Shown here piece by piece: positions 19,656 through 29,118 of a stretch of 64,000 nucleotides of DNA. Below the pieces are notes generated by a model. That model was not told where the DNA came from. It made no database searches and worked only from the letters and a program-made list of their open reading frames with translations. Positions within the stretch are counted from its first letter, which is position 1. Every line of letters starts with the position of its first letter. A program made the translations under genes and the position numbers. Location of the stretch: the IMG/VR virus record IMGVR_UViG_3300032323_001800, positions 1 through 64,000 of that record; one strand, written 5' to 3'. The DNA is from a virus.

Positions 19656-20177
19656 ATGCGCGATATTAAAGACATACTAAAGAACATAGAAACCATATAC
19701 GGTTCTAACAACGCTTTAAACACACTTAAGGACTTCGAGCGTGTTTTAGACGAATTAGATGTATATGTTTATGATAACTGGATTGACGGGGAACTATCAG
19801 AAGGCCCTATAGAATCTAGATACTGGGTTACCTGCACATTTATGTGGCCCCATAAGAATATGCCCGATCCACAGGGCGGAAAACGCTTACTTGACTTTGG
19901 TTGCAGTATTGCTTTCCAACAGGACGAAATTACCACAGTAAGAAAAATTAAAACTCCGGACGATATCCGTCCTGGAACTAAGAAAGGTAAGATAGATGCA
20001 GTAAAGGTATGGTTTGTAGAAATCAAAATTCCTAAAAAATTAATGTTTGATATTAATAAAGGCTACAAGGATTTGGCTAAAAACAAGATTCCTACAGACG
20101 AAATTAAATTAGATACATCAGATATGTTGGCGGAACCAGCTGATCAACAATTACAACAATCAATGGCGGGACAATAA
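19656..20177 (+). CDS. Conserved-looking phage hypothetical protein
   Basis: 173 aa with SD and an upstream TAAATA. Confidence 0.65.
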   Translation: MRDIKDILKNIETIYGSNNALNTLKDFERVLDELDVYVYDNWIDGELSEGPIESRYWVTCTFMWPHKNMPDPQGGKRLLDFGCSIAFQQDEITTVRKIKTPDDIRPGTKKGKIDAVKVWFVEIKIPKKLMFDINKGYKDLAKNKIPTDEIKLDTSDMLAEPADQQLQQSMAGQ

Positions 20178-20917
20178 TGGCAGAAAGATTATTAAGAGAA
20201 GGACTTCGTCCTAACGATCTCGAAGATATGGTTTTTAATATTTTTGAAGTTGATGCGTTTCAATCAAAGATGGGTGAGGATCGTGATGTTTGTGTATTGT
20301 CTTTCAAAGTAAAGGACAGAAACCCAGCACGAGATATGATGGAGTTTATTGAGAAGGGTTATAACTTTGTTCTCGACTCTGATGTTTCAGCTGGTGAGGA
20401 TCGTCAAGGTAATTATCATGTGTTTGTTGAATTACCAAGAGGTCAGCGTCTTCCGCAATACATTAAAGATATCACAGAAGGCATTAAACGTCTTACAGGA
20501 ATTACAGAATGGAAATTTCGCCATTACAAGAGTTTTAAGAGTCACGAACTAAGCGAAGAAGCACTTGCTATTATTCCGCAGACACCTACAGCCTACGACA
20601 TGATGTTAGAAAATATCAGAGTAGAAAGCATACAGAAATTTTTTGCTAAAACATACAAAGAAGAAATCATTGTTGAAGGCAATAAAGTAATAATTAACAA
20701 ACCGTTTGGTGTTAGATTTTCATTTGATGTTGTGAATTTTGGAAAAATTGACGAGATACAAAAAAATATTACAGAAACTATGAAGCTAGATAATAAAAGC
20801 ATGGCTGAAGTTATGTGGCTAACAAAAGTATTAGGCGATTTTAATATCAGCAAATACGGCAATGAATTTGTTCTTGAAGACGGAAAAAGAACAATGATTA
20901 TATCCATAGGACAATAA
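20177..20917 (+). CDS. Hypothetical protein (possible virion protein; N-terminus MAERLLRE)
   Basis: 246 aa, coupled to the upstream gene. Confidence 0.65.
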   Translation: MAERLLREGLRPNDLEDMVFNIFEVDAFQSKMGEDRDVCVLSFKVKDRNPARDMMEFIEKGYNFVLDSDVSAGEDRQGNYHVFVELPRGQRLPQYIKDITEGIKRLTGITEWKFRHYKSFKSHELSEEALAIIPQTPTAYDMMLENIRVESIQKFFAKTYKEEIIVEGNKVIINKPFGVRFSFDVVNFGKIDEIQKNITETMKLDNKSMAEVMWLTKVLGDFNISKYGNEFVLEDGKRTMIISIGQ

Positions 20918-20918
20918 T

Positions 20919-21161
20919 ATGGCTAGACTCGAATCATTAGAGAAACTGCAGTCGGAATATTTCAACGCCAGAGAAGAATTAGAGACCAGAGTTTCTATTT
21001 TTGAAACTTCATTACTTGCGCTTGCAGATTCGGTAGAAGGAGATGAAATTAATCAAACACGATTCGAATGGCAAACAATAGTAACAGCCTATCAACAACA
21101 GATAGCAAACTACACAATTTTATTAGCGTCTATAGATACACTTATAGAAGACCTACCTTAA
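20919..21161 (+). CDS. Hypothetical coiled-coil protein
   Basis: 80-aa helical ORF. Confidence 0.5.
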   Translation: MARLESLEKLQSEYFNAREELETRVSIFETSLLALADSVEGDEINQTRFEWQTIVTAYQQQIANYTILLASIDTLIEDLP

Positions 21162-21179
21162 TACAACGGAGAATACATA

Positions 21180-21809
21180 ATGAGTTTTACTTTTAATTTT
21201 ACCAAAGATCAGTTAAAGGGAATTATCGGTGCTAATCCCTATCTAGATTATTGGTATAGCGCGGTTTCTGAAATCCTTCCTGTCTATGAGATCAATACTC
21301 CAGAAAGAGTGGCTGCGTTTTTAGCGCAATGTGCTCACGAAAGCGGAAACTTTAAATTCCTTAAAGAGAATTTAAATTACAAAGCAGAAAGTTTATGTAA
21401 GGTATTTCCAAAATATTTTCCAGATATCAATCTTGCAAAAGACTACGAAAAGAAACCAGAAAAAATTGCTAACAAAGTATATGGCAATAGAATGGGTAAT
21501 GGTGACGAATCCACAGGCGACGGATTCCGATACATGGGTAGAGGATTAATTCAATTAACTGGTAAAAACAACTACACATTATTTGCCGCAGCTATTGATA
21601 CTCCATTAGAAGAAATTCCAGAGTACTTACAAACATTTGAAGGTGCTGTACAATCAGCTTGCTGGTTCTGGGAACAGAACAATCTTAATCAATGGGCTGA
21701 TAAGAAAGATATCATGACGCTAACTAAACGTATCAACGGTGGTACTATTGGTTTAGAAGATCGAATTAAACACTACAACCACGCTTTACATTTGTTTGCA
21801 GGTCATTAA
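21180..21809 (+). CDS. Endolysin, glycoside hydrolase family 19
   Basis: AAFLAQCAHESGNF, YRGRG-like YMGRGLIQLTG, SACWFW and TKRINGG. Confidence 0.92.
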   Translation: MSFTFNFTKDQLKGIIGANPYLDYWYSAVSEILPVYEINTPERVAAFLAQCAHESGNFKFLKENLNYKAESLCKVFPKYFPDINLAKDYEKKPEKIANKVYGNRMGNGDESTGDGFRYMGRGLIQLTGKNNYTLFAAAIDTPLEEIPEYLQTFEGAVQSACWFWEQNNLNQWADKKDIMTLTKRINGGTIGLEDRIKHYNHALHLFAGH

Positions 21810-21810
21810 T

Positions 21811-22278
21811 ATGTGGATGCTATCTTTCGTATCAGACAGTTTTTTAATTTACATTGTTAATGCAATTTTAATTGCTGGTGCGATTGGTACTTTTTTAACG
21901 TTCTTTATACTACATCGAGTAGTTCGATGGTTACCGGCGCTTGCACCATACCACCTGATATTACAAATTATTAGCATAGTGCTATTAATTGGTGGAGTTT
22001 ATTTAAGAGGCGGGTACGGAGTAGAGATGTCGTGGCGTGAAAAGGTCGCTGAATTAGAATCAAAGATAAAAATAGCCGAAGAACAATCTAAACAGGTAAA
22101 TGAAACTGTGGTAGTTAAGTATAGAGATCGAGTTAAAGTTGTAACTGATACTAAACTTGTGATACAAGAAAAAATTAAAGAAGTTGAAAAAATAGTTGAT
22201 GCTCAATGTGTAGTAGCACCGGAAGCAATTAAAATACACAACGAAGCAACAGTGATGCCAGAGAGGACTAAAAAATGA
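21811..22278 (+). CDS. Putative i-spanin (Rz-like)
   Basis: N-terminal TM segments followed by a coiled periplasmic region; follows the endolysin and precedes a lipoprotein. Confidence 0.65.
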   Translation: MWMLSFVSDSFLIYIVNAILIAGAIGTFLTFFILHRVVRWLPALAPYHLILQIISIVLLIGGVYLRGGYGVEMSWREKVAELESKIKIAEEQSKQVNETVVVKYRDRVKVVTDTKLVIQEKIKEVEKIVDAQCVVAPEAIKIHNEATVMPERTKK

Positions 22279-22541
22279 AATACTTACTAATCCTAGCATC
22301 AGCAATACTACTCACAGGCTGTCTAGCAACTCCTGTTAAACGATCGTTTCCTGAAGCACCCAAAGAACTGATAGCATCTTGTCCTGATCTTTTAACTGCG
22401 GACGAAAAAACAACACAGTTAAGTGAAGTGTTAAAAGTAGTTACTGACAACTATAGTCAATATCACGAATGCCGAATTAAAAATGATCTATGGGTTGAAT
22501 GGTATAACACACAAAAAGAAATTTTTAACAGCGTAAAATGA
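22275..22541 (+). CDS. Putative o-spanin (Rz1-like lipoprotein)
   Basis: Lipobox LLTGC after a hydrophobic leader; Pro/Cys-containing mature part. Confidence 0.75.
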   Translation: MKYLLILASAILLTGCLATPVKRSFPEAPKELIASCPDLLTADEKTTQLSEVLKVVTDNYSQYHECRIKNDLWVEWYNTQKEIFNSVK

Positions 22542-22873
22542 CATCTAAAGTACATGAAGATTGGATGAACAGAAAATGGCGTCCGGCCATGGGTTGGACC
22601 TATATGTTTATCTGTATTTTGGACTTTGCTGTATTTCCTATACTATGGTCAATTGTTCAGGCAACATACTCAGGCACAGTTTCAACCCAATGGGATCCGA
22701 TAACTCTTAAAGGTGCGGGCTTGTTTCATATGGCCATGGGTGCTATACTAGGCATCGCAGCTTGGAGTCGAGGACAGGAAAAAATGATGAATGCTACATC
22801 GGTATCAGCTCAGACTGTAGCAACACCACCCAGGCTAACTAAGCCTATTCAACCGCCTGAGCCGGAACTATAA
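22538..22873 (+). CDS. Putative holin
   Basis: KWRPAMGW plus hydrophobic segments, in the lysis cassette. Confidence 0.65.
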   Translation: MTSKVHEDWMNRKWRPAMGWTYMFICILDFAVFPILWSIVQATYSGTVSTQWDPITLKGAGLFHMAMGAILGIAAWSRGQEKMMNATSVSAQTVATPPRLTKPIQPPEPEL

Positions 22874-22885
22874 AAGGAGATTGCA

Positions 22886-22999
22886 ATGTTAGAAACATTA
22901 TTTTGGTTAGCACTAGGAGCATTTATTGGTTGGAATTTCCCTCAACCAGAATTTGCAAAAACAATACAGGCTAGAGTTTTAGCCATGTTTAAAAAATAA
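22886..22999 (+). CDS. Small membrane protein (37 aa, not in ORF track)
   Basis: AAGGAG SD; MLETLFWLALGAFIGWNFPQPEFAKTIQARVLAMFKK. Confidence 0.6.
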   Translation: MLETLFWLALGAFIGWNFPQPEFAKTIQARVLAMFKK

Positions 23000-23009
23000 G
23001 GAAAATAAG

Positions 23010-23282
23010 ATGAAACTATTAGCAACAGCAATTTTTACAGGTATGTTAGCATTTGGTACAGTAGCATGTGCCAAAGAAGAACCAAAGAAAGAAGTAGCAG
23101 AAGTTAAAAAAGATGCTGCTCCTGCAGCGCCTGCGACTAAGCAAGTTTGTTTAGATGTACAAGGCAAAGACGGAAAGCCTATTATCGATCCAAAAACTAA
23201 GAAGCCAAAACAAAACTGTACCACAGTTAAGGTTCGTGAAAAGTTTGAAGGAACTAAAATCGAAGACGCAAAAAAGAAATAA
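23010..23282 (+). CDS. Secreted/periplasmic small protein
   Basis: Signal peptide MKLLATAIFTGMLAFGTVACA; two Cys in the mature part. Confidence 0.65.
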   Translation: MKLLATAIFTGMLAFGTVACAKEEPKKEVAEVKKDAAPAAPATKQVCLDVQGKDGKPIIDPKTKKPKQNCTTVKVREKFEGTKIEDAKKK

Positions 23283-23289
23283 TCACTCT

Positions 23290-23318
23290 TTGACTTTTTT
23301 ACAAAGGTATAGTATAAT
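23290..23318 (+). promoter_or_regulatory. Sigma70-type promoter TTGACT-N17-TATAAT upstream of dnaJ
   Basis: TTGACT at 23290-23295, TATAAT at 23313-23318. Confidence 0.75.
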
Positions 23319-23336
23319 TATTACTATACCTTTTTT
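23303..23336 (+). terminator. 12-bp inverted repeat with T-tail (terminator or operator) overlapping the -10 box
   Basis: AAAGGTATAGTA-N7-TACTATACCTTT followed by TTT. Confidence 0.6.
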
Positions 23337-23341
23337 CATCT

Positions 23342-24163
23342 ATGACAGATTATTATAAAATATTAGGTGTTGGCAGAGATGCTACCCAAGAAGACATTAA
23401 AAAAGCATATCGTAGCCTGGCTATGAAGCACCATCCTGACCGCGGTGGGGATGAAAAGAAGTTTAAAGAAATTGAAGAAGCTTATCGCACACTCAGTGAT
23501 TCACAGACAAAGTCACAATATGACAATCCCGGTTCTTATGGGCAAGGGAATATTAACGAGGAAATGTTTGACCATTTCTTTAGAAATCCATTCGGATTTG
23601 GTGCCGGATTTGGTGCTAGAGGGCCGAAGAATCCAAATATAAATGTTACAATAGACATAACATTAGAAGACGCATTTAGAGGAAAAACAATAGATGCAGA
23701 AATTGGTTTAACAAATGGTGGGACTAAATTAGTATCAATTAACATTCCGCCAGGCGTAGAAGCTGGTATGCAGATCAAGTATAACGGAATGGGGGAAACA
23801 CTACATCCCAAACTGCAGGCAGGTGATTTAATAGTATCAATTAGAGTGTTACAACACCATATGTGGGAAAGACACGGAGACAACTTATTGTTTGAAAAAA
23901 CAATATCTGTTTGGGAGGCGCTGTTAGGAACTAGTCTAACATTAGTTACTATCGACGGAAAAACATTAAGTATTAATATACCGTCCGGCACACAACCAGA
24001 TACTATGTTAAGTTGCAAGGGTGAAGGCATGCCCAATGTAAAAACTGGGCGGAGAGGAAATCTTGTAATCAGGGTGAAGGTAACAGTACCAAAAAATCTT
24101 TCTACAGATGATATTGATAAAATAAAGAGGTTACGAAATGAACTTTCAACTAGGAGCTCATGA
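23342..24163 (+). CDS. dnaJ: DnaJ/CbpA-like co-chaperone without zinc finger
   Basis: J-domain with HPD (HHPDRGG), G/F-rich linker and C-terminal domain; no CxxCxGxG repeats. Confidence 0.9.
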   Translation: MTDYYKILGVGRDATQEDIKKAYRSLAMKHHPDRGGDEKKFKEIEEAYRTLSDSQTKSQYDNPGSYGQGNINEEMFDHFFRNPFGFGAGFGARGPKNPNINVTIDITLEDAFRGKTIDAEIGLTNGGTKLVSINIPPGVEAGMQIKYNGMGETLHPKLQAGDLIVSIRVLQHHMWERHGDNLLFEKTISVWEALLGTSLTLVTIDGKTLSINIPSGTQPDTMLSCKGEGMPNVKTGRRGNLVIRVKVTVPKNLSTDDIDKIKRLRNELSTRSS

Positions 24164-24635
24164 AAGTTTAGTAATGCGTAGCGATCCTTGGGACTTTAAC
24201 ATTGATCAAAACGCCGAAGAACTAGAAAGAGCAATGTGCGATTTTATGACTGCTAATCACGGCATAGGATTAGCAGCAAATCAAATTGGAATTACTAAAC
24301 GAGTATTTGTTATAGGTAGCTATAATATTGAAGGATTTCCAACACCGTTTGCTGTGTTCAATCCTAAAATTTTAGAATCAAGCGAAGAGCAACTGTTAGA
24401 TAAGGAAGGCTGTCTTAGCTATCCTGATTTGTGGCTATCGGTAAAAAGGCCAGCAGTTATACAAGTAGAATATCAAGACAGTAAGGGTAACTTTCACGAG
24501 GCAGCAATGAGCGGTTTAATCGCTCGATGCTTTCAGCATGAACTAGATCATCTAGATGGCATTTGTTTTATAGACAAAGTCAGCCAGATGAAGTTACAAT
24601 TAGCAATGAAGAAACTTAATAAGAGAAGGACATAA
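24138..24635 (+). CDS. def: Peptide deformylase
   Basis: GIGLAANQIG, EGCLS and QHELDHLDG. Confidence 0.95.
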   Translation: MNFQLGAHESLVMRSDPWDFNIDQNAEELERAMCDFMTANHGIGLAANQIGITKRVFVIGSYNIEGFPTPFAVFNPKILESSEEQLLDKEGCLSYPDLWLSVKRPAVIQVEYQDSKGNFHEAAMSGLIARCFQHELDHLDGICFIDKVSQMKLQLAMKKLNKRRT

Positions 24636-26980
24636 TGTTAGAACCCAGCGAAAAACTTCAGGCTGTTTTTGAAAAAGCCATTGACATATCTCAAAAACTG
24701 CATCACGAGTATGTTACATTAGAACATCTTACATATGCTATTATGTGCGACGACGACGTATATAGTAGCCTAAGTGAGTTTGGTGCTAACAGTGAGTACA
24801 TCAAAACTAATTTAGAACATTTTCTAAAAAACAATCTCAACGATATTGTTAATCACGAAAATACCGAAAAACCACGCAGAACAAATTCTGTTGAACGAGT
24901 ACTTAATCGAGCATTTACTCAAGTATTGTTTAGTGGAAGACAACGAATAGAGGTTGAAGATACTTTAGTTGCCATCTTGTCAGAAAAGAAAAGTTTTGCT
25001 TATTTTTATCTAACCAAAGCTGGTGTAGTAAAAGATAAGCTGTTACAGTTTTATCAAGGAAAATTTGAACACGACGACGAAGAGGGCGGCAGAGCGGTGA
25101 CAGTAAATCCAAATCAATTAGAAAAAATATTAAATGCGTATTGCACAAATCTTTCACTGCAAGCTAAACAGAAAAAAATAGACCCTGTTATTGGTCGAGA
25201 AGAAGAACTAGAAAAAATTCAACTGATTCTTGCTAGACGATCAAAGAGTAATGTATTACTAGTAGGCGACCCAGGAGTTGGTAAAACTGCTATTGCAGAG
25301 GGTCTAGCTCGTAAGATCTTTGAAAAGAAAGTTCCTAAATTTATTCAAGATCATCAAGTTTATACTTTAGACATTAGTGCCTTGCTTGCTGGTTCAAAGT
25401 ATCGTGGAGATTTTGAAGAACGCATTAAAGCTGTGTTATCGGCACTAGAAAAGAAAGGTAAAATTATTCTTTTCATTGATGAAGCACACATGATGAGTGG
25501 TGCTGGTGCTGCTAACAATTCAGCTAACGATTTAGCAAATATGCTCAAGCCGATGCTAACCAAAGGTACAATGAAGGTTATTGCTTCGACTACTTGGGAA
25601 GAGTATCGCAAGCACTTTGAAAAGGATCGTGCGTTGATGCGCAGATTCCAACGTGTTACCGTTGATGAGCCTACACCGGAACTGTCAGTTAAGATTATCA
25701 AAGGTATCCGTAAATATTATGAACAACATCATAATGTTAAAATTACCGATGCAGCCATTGAACAGGCAGTAAAGTTATCTATCAAATATATGCCTGATAA
25801 AAAACTTCCAGATAAAGCAATCGACATTATTGATTGTGCCGCTGCTCGCTACAAACTTAAAGATTATGACGGTGAATCTAGTATTATTAACTTTGTAGAT
25901 CTTGAACAAATTATGTTTGAAGTTGGAAAGATGACTAACCTACCAACTGAATCTGTAGCCGAAAAAGAAAGCAAAAATCTTGCAGGACTAGAAGCAGCTA
26001 TGAAAAATTCTGTGTTTGGCCAAGACGAAGCTGTAGATAATTTACTCGATAAAATATTTGTGGCACAAGCCGGCATGAAATTACCAAACAAACCAATCGG
26101 TTGTTTCTTGTTTGTTGGCCCAACTGGCTGCGGTAAAACTGAAACTGCTAAACAACTAGCAGAAAAAATGAGTATGCCGTTAGTTCGCTTTGATATGAGT
26201 GAATATCAAGAAAAACACAGCGTTGCTAAATTAATCGGCGCACCACCGGGATATGTTGGCTTTGAAGATAACGCAGGACAGTTAATTACTAAACTTCAAG
26301 AAACACCTAACTGCGTGTTATTGCTCGATGAAATTGAAAAATCACATCCGGATGTTAGCAATATTTTATTACAGTTTATGGACAACGGTTTTGTAACTGG
26401 CAGTAACGGCAAGCAAGCAGATGGACGTAACTGTATATTAGTTATGACTTCAAACTTAGGTGCTAGTGATGCTGAAAAGAATACTATCGGGTTTGGAGAT
26501 TTAGATAAATCTGGGGAAGACAATAAAGCAGTTAAGAAATTCTTTGCTCCAGAGTTCCGCAATCGCTTAGATGCTATTGTTAAATTTGGAAAACTACAAA
26601 AAGATATCGTTAAAATCATCGTTGATAAATTTATTAGAGAACTTAATTCTCAAATTAAAGATAAGCATGTAGAAATCATTCTTAATGACGAATCTAGAGA
26701 ATGGTTATCCGAACATGGTTATGATCCTAAGATGGGTGCTAGACCGTTGGCTCGATTAATTGATAATCAAATTAAGTCTCCACTAAGTCGTAAGATTTTG
26801 TTTGGAGATTTAAAAGAAGGTGGTCGAGCATTTGTGCGTGTTGAGGATGACAAACTAGTATTTGATATTCGTAACTTAGGTGACGAAATGTCTAAATTAG
26901 AAAAAAGAGCATTTAAACATAACCGCCGAATTCAAGACGGAATGCCTTTATTAACTCATGATAACGTTCAAGAAAACTAA
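24635..26980 (+). CDS. clpA: ClpA-like AAA+ unfoldase
   Basis: Two AAA+ modules (GDPGVGKT, GPTGCGKT), GSKYRGDFEER, GAPPGYVG and an IGF ClpP-docking loop; no ClpB middle domain. Confidence 0.92.
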   Translation: MLEPSEKLQAVFEKAIDISQKLHHEYVTLEHLTYAIMCDDDVYSSLSEFGANSEYIKTNLEHFLKNNLNDIVNHENTEKPRRTNSVERVLNRAFTQVLFSGRQRIEVEDTLVAILSEKKSFAYFYLTKAGVVKDKLLQFYQGKFEHDDEEGGRAVTVNPNQLEKILNAYCTNLSLQAKQKKIDPVIGREEELEKIQLILARRSKSNVLLVGDPGVGKTAIAEGLARKIFEKKVPKFIQDHQVYTLDISALLAGSKYRGDFEERIKAVLSALEKKGKIILFIDEAHMMSGAGAANNSANDLANMLKPMLTKGTMKVIASTTWEEYRKHFEKDRALMRRFQRVTVDEPTPELSVKIIKGIRKYYEQHHNVKITDAAIEQAVKLSIKYMPDKKLPDKAIDIIDCAAARYKLKDYDGESSIINFVDLEQIMFEVGKMTNLPTESVAEKESKNLAGLEAAMKNSVFGQDEAVDNLLDKIFVAQAGMKLPNKPIGCFLFVGPTGCGKTETAKQLAEKMSMPLVRFDMSEYQEKHSVAKLIGAPPGYVGFEDNAGQLITKLQETPNCVLLLDEIEKSHPDVSNILLQFMDNGFVTGSNGKQADGRNCILVMTSNLGASDAEKNTIGFGDLDKSGEDNKAVKKFFAPEFRNRLDAIVKFGKLQKDIVKIIVDKFIRELNSQIKDKHVEIILNDESREWLSEHGYDPKMGARPLARLIDNQIKSPLSRKILFGDLKEGGRAFVRVEDDKLVFDIRNLGDEMSKLEKRAFKHNRRIQDGMPLLTHDNVQEN

Positions 26981-27629
26981 GAGTAGCTTCTACGGTAAGT
27001 GGCTGTACAAAGCCAGTATATGCTTGGAAGGAAGTTCTGTAATTCGTTACAGAACTCTCGATCAATTATTAGAATATTTCAAAGACATTGAACTTAAGAC
27101 TTATCACTCATATAGCATAGCCTCTAAAGTAAAAGCTAATAAAGATGAAATTTTTAATGTTGCTAAATTTTTTGATTCATGGTCTAAAGATCTGTACGCA
27201 ATTAGATCTGAGCAAGGAATCTTAGACATTTACACAAACGATACACATCTGTTTAATTCGTTTATTGAAACTTTTAATAGATTACTTCGATCAGTTCACC
27301 GACCAGAAATTAACGATATATCACTGCTACAAAATAAAAAAAATATTGTAGTAAAAAAGTATCCACACGATCGATACAAGTTTAAAGTATTTTTGCTTCC
27401 CCATAAAGTGAAAGATATCGATCAAAAACATAATTTGCTAGACTGGGTAGAATTACAGAACGGAAAAATTACCATAAGCACGGCTCTTAAAGAATGGTTT
27501 ATAACTACCAACTGGAATTGGGATCGAAGATATGTGTTAGTTGAAGACGAACATACACTGTTAATGCTTAAACTTAAAAATTCCGATGCTGTGGGTAGCA
27601 TTTACGATTACGTTATTTCTGATAAATAG
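26958..27629 (+). CDS. Hypothetical protein
   Basis: 223 aa overlapping the clpA end. Confidence 0.6.
   Translation: MITFKKTKSSFYGKWLYKASICLEGSSVIRYRTLDQLLEYFKDIELKTYHSYSIASKVKANKDEIFNVAKFFDSWSKDLYAIRSEQGILDIYTNDTHLFNSFIETFNRLLRSVHRPEINDISLLQNKKNIVVKKYPHDRYKFKVFLLPHKVKDIDQKHNLLDWVELQNGKITISTALKEWFITTNWNWDRRYVLVEDEHTLLMLKLKNSDAVGSIYDYVISDK
27623..27628 (+). promoter_or_regulatory. TAAATA 4 nt upstream of the ATG at 27633
   Basis: GATAAATA-GTTG-ATG, no SD. Confidence 0.45.
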
Positions 27630-27632
27630 TTG

Positions 27633-27986
27633 ATGTCCATAGAAACCACTATTTTATTAGAAAATATTACCCTAGAATCTACCGATTCTACCCTAAAGTA
27701 TTCTGAAAAACAAAAAGGATCCGGATATCATAAAATAGGCAACGGGTTACATACCTATGTTTATTCTATTGATAGTTTCGTTGGATCTATTAAATTACAG
27801 GGTACATTAGAACTATATCCTGGAGATAATGATTGGGTAGATATCGATAATACTACACTGACCGCCAATGGAGATAGTACTATTACAGGCGCCACAACCG
27901 GCAATTTTACTGGAAATTTTGTCTGGATTCGTACCGCATACAATCTACAAGACGGTACAATAACCCATATCCGTTATAATCACTAA
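27633..27986 (+). CDS. Hypothetical protein (beta-rich, possibly virion)
   Basis: 117 aa from the ATG at 27633. Confidence 0.6.
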   Translation: MSIETTILLENITLESTDSTLKYSEKQKGSGYHKIGNGLHTYVYSIDSFVGSIKLQGTLELYPGDNDWVDIDNTTLTANGDSTITGATTGNFTGNFVWIRTAYNLQDGTITHIRYNH

Positions 27987-28000
27987 CATCTAATCAACGA

Positions 28001-28006
28001 TAAATA
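28001..28006 (+). promoter_or_regulatory. TAAATA 4 nt upstream of the ATG at 28011
   Basis: Intergenic GATAAATA-TAGT-ATG. Confidence 0.5.
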
Positions 28007-28010
28007 TAGT

Positions 28011-28763
28011 ATGACCACATGGAATCATACTATGAGAGACCTTTTATCAAAATTAAATTCGCTTATTTCTGAAACAGGATTAAGAGACCAAGAAGATCTA
28101 CAGGCTAAACGTAAAGCCCTGCAAGATCTACAACTAGATCCAATAGCATCTGAAGATCCTGCAATTAGACAAGCTATTGTTCAGCGTAAAGCAGATCTAG
28201 AAAAAGAAGCCAAATCCAAAGGATTCACAGAAGACGAAGATCTATATCAGATCGGAGACGACTTTGGTATTAGCTTCAATGAAGATTTCGAGATCGGTAC
28301 TGAAATCGTAGATATTTTAGAAGACGGAGTCCTTGTTAATTTAGACGAAACTGCGTTAGAGTTTTTAGCACAACAAGGATTTACATTTGAAGAAGTACAA
28401 CTAGACGAAGAAAAACAAAAAGGTGTTGATGGCAAGGCCTGTTGGAAAGGCTACAAGCGCATGGGCACTAAACAGAAAGGTGGCAAGACTGTAGATAACT
28501 GTGTTAAGATGGAAGATCTTGACGAAGCAGAGTATCAAGGCAGAAACGTACCGCTGGGCAAGCCTATGGCAGGCGATGTTAAAAAATCCAAAGTTTATGT
28601 AAAGGGCCCTAAGGGCAATGTAGTCAAAGTTAATTTTGGCGATAAGAAGATGAGGATTAAAAAATCTAATCCGTCACGTAGAAAATCGTTCCGTGCTCGT
28701 CACAACTGTGCCAATCCTGGCCCACGTCATAAAGCACGTTATTGGTCATGTAGGGCTTGGTAA
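28011..28763 (+). CDS. Modular putative internal head protein
   Basis: Modules separated by x-x-E sites (LISE, FTE, LDE, LDE) ending in basic Cys-containing modules CWKGYKRMGTK and RRKSFRARHNC...RYWSC; alternative start at 28032 (MRDLLSKL). Confidence 0.6.
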   Translation: MTTWNHTMRDLLSKLNSLISETGLRDQEDLQAKRKALQDLQLDPIASEDPAIRQAIVQRKADLEKEAKSKGFTEDEDLYQIGDDFGISFNEDFEIGTEIVDILEDGVLVNLDETALEFLAQQGFTFEEVQLDEEKQKGVDGKACWKGYKRMGTKQKGGKTVDNCVKMEDLDEAEYQGRNVPLGKPMAGDVKKSKVYVKGPKGNVVKVNFGDKKMRIKKSNPSRRKSFRARHNCANPGPRHKARYWSCRAW

Positions 28764-28764
28764 T

Positions 28765-29118
28765 ATGAAACTAATGGAATTATTTGCTCCCCCGTCGGAG
28801 ATGAAAGAGAAAGATGGAAGATTAGATCCAGAGATCAATTATCTTGATGACTTAAAATATTTTATCGATACCGAAGACGATGTGTTATCAAAATTTTTCT
28901 TTCCTGCTATTTCTCAACAAAAGAAACAGTCCGATAAAGAAAACTCATTTAAGTTGTATGTAGAACCTGTTAAGAAAACAGTTAGCATTTACTGTAAAAA
29001 ATTCAAACTTGAAGATATACAAGATAAAATTTTTAACAACGACTCTGTAATCAAAGTTGCTAAACGTATAGCTGACGAACAAACAAATCATATCAAGAAA
29101 AAGGATTATGATCAATGA
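28765..29118 (+). CDS. Putative internal head protein (N-terminus MKLMELF)
   Basis: The ATG at 28765 follows the upstream stop; CTS-like N-terminus. Confidence 0.55.
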   Translation: MKLMELFAPPSEMKEKDGRLDPEINYLDDLKYFIDTEDDVLSKFFFPAISQQKKQSDKENSFKLYVEPVKKTVSIYCKKFKLEDIQDKIFNNDSVIKVAKRIADEQTNHIKKKDYDQ

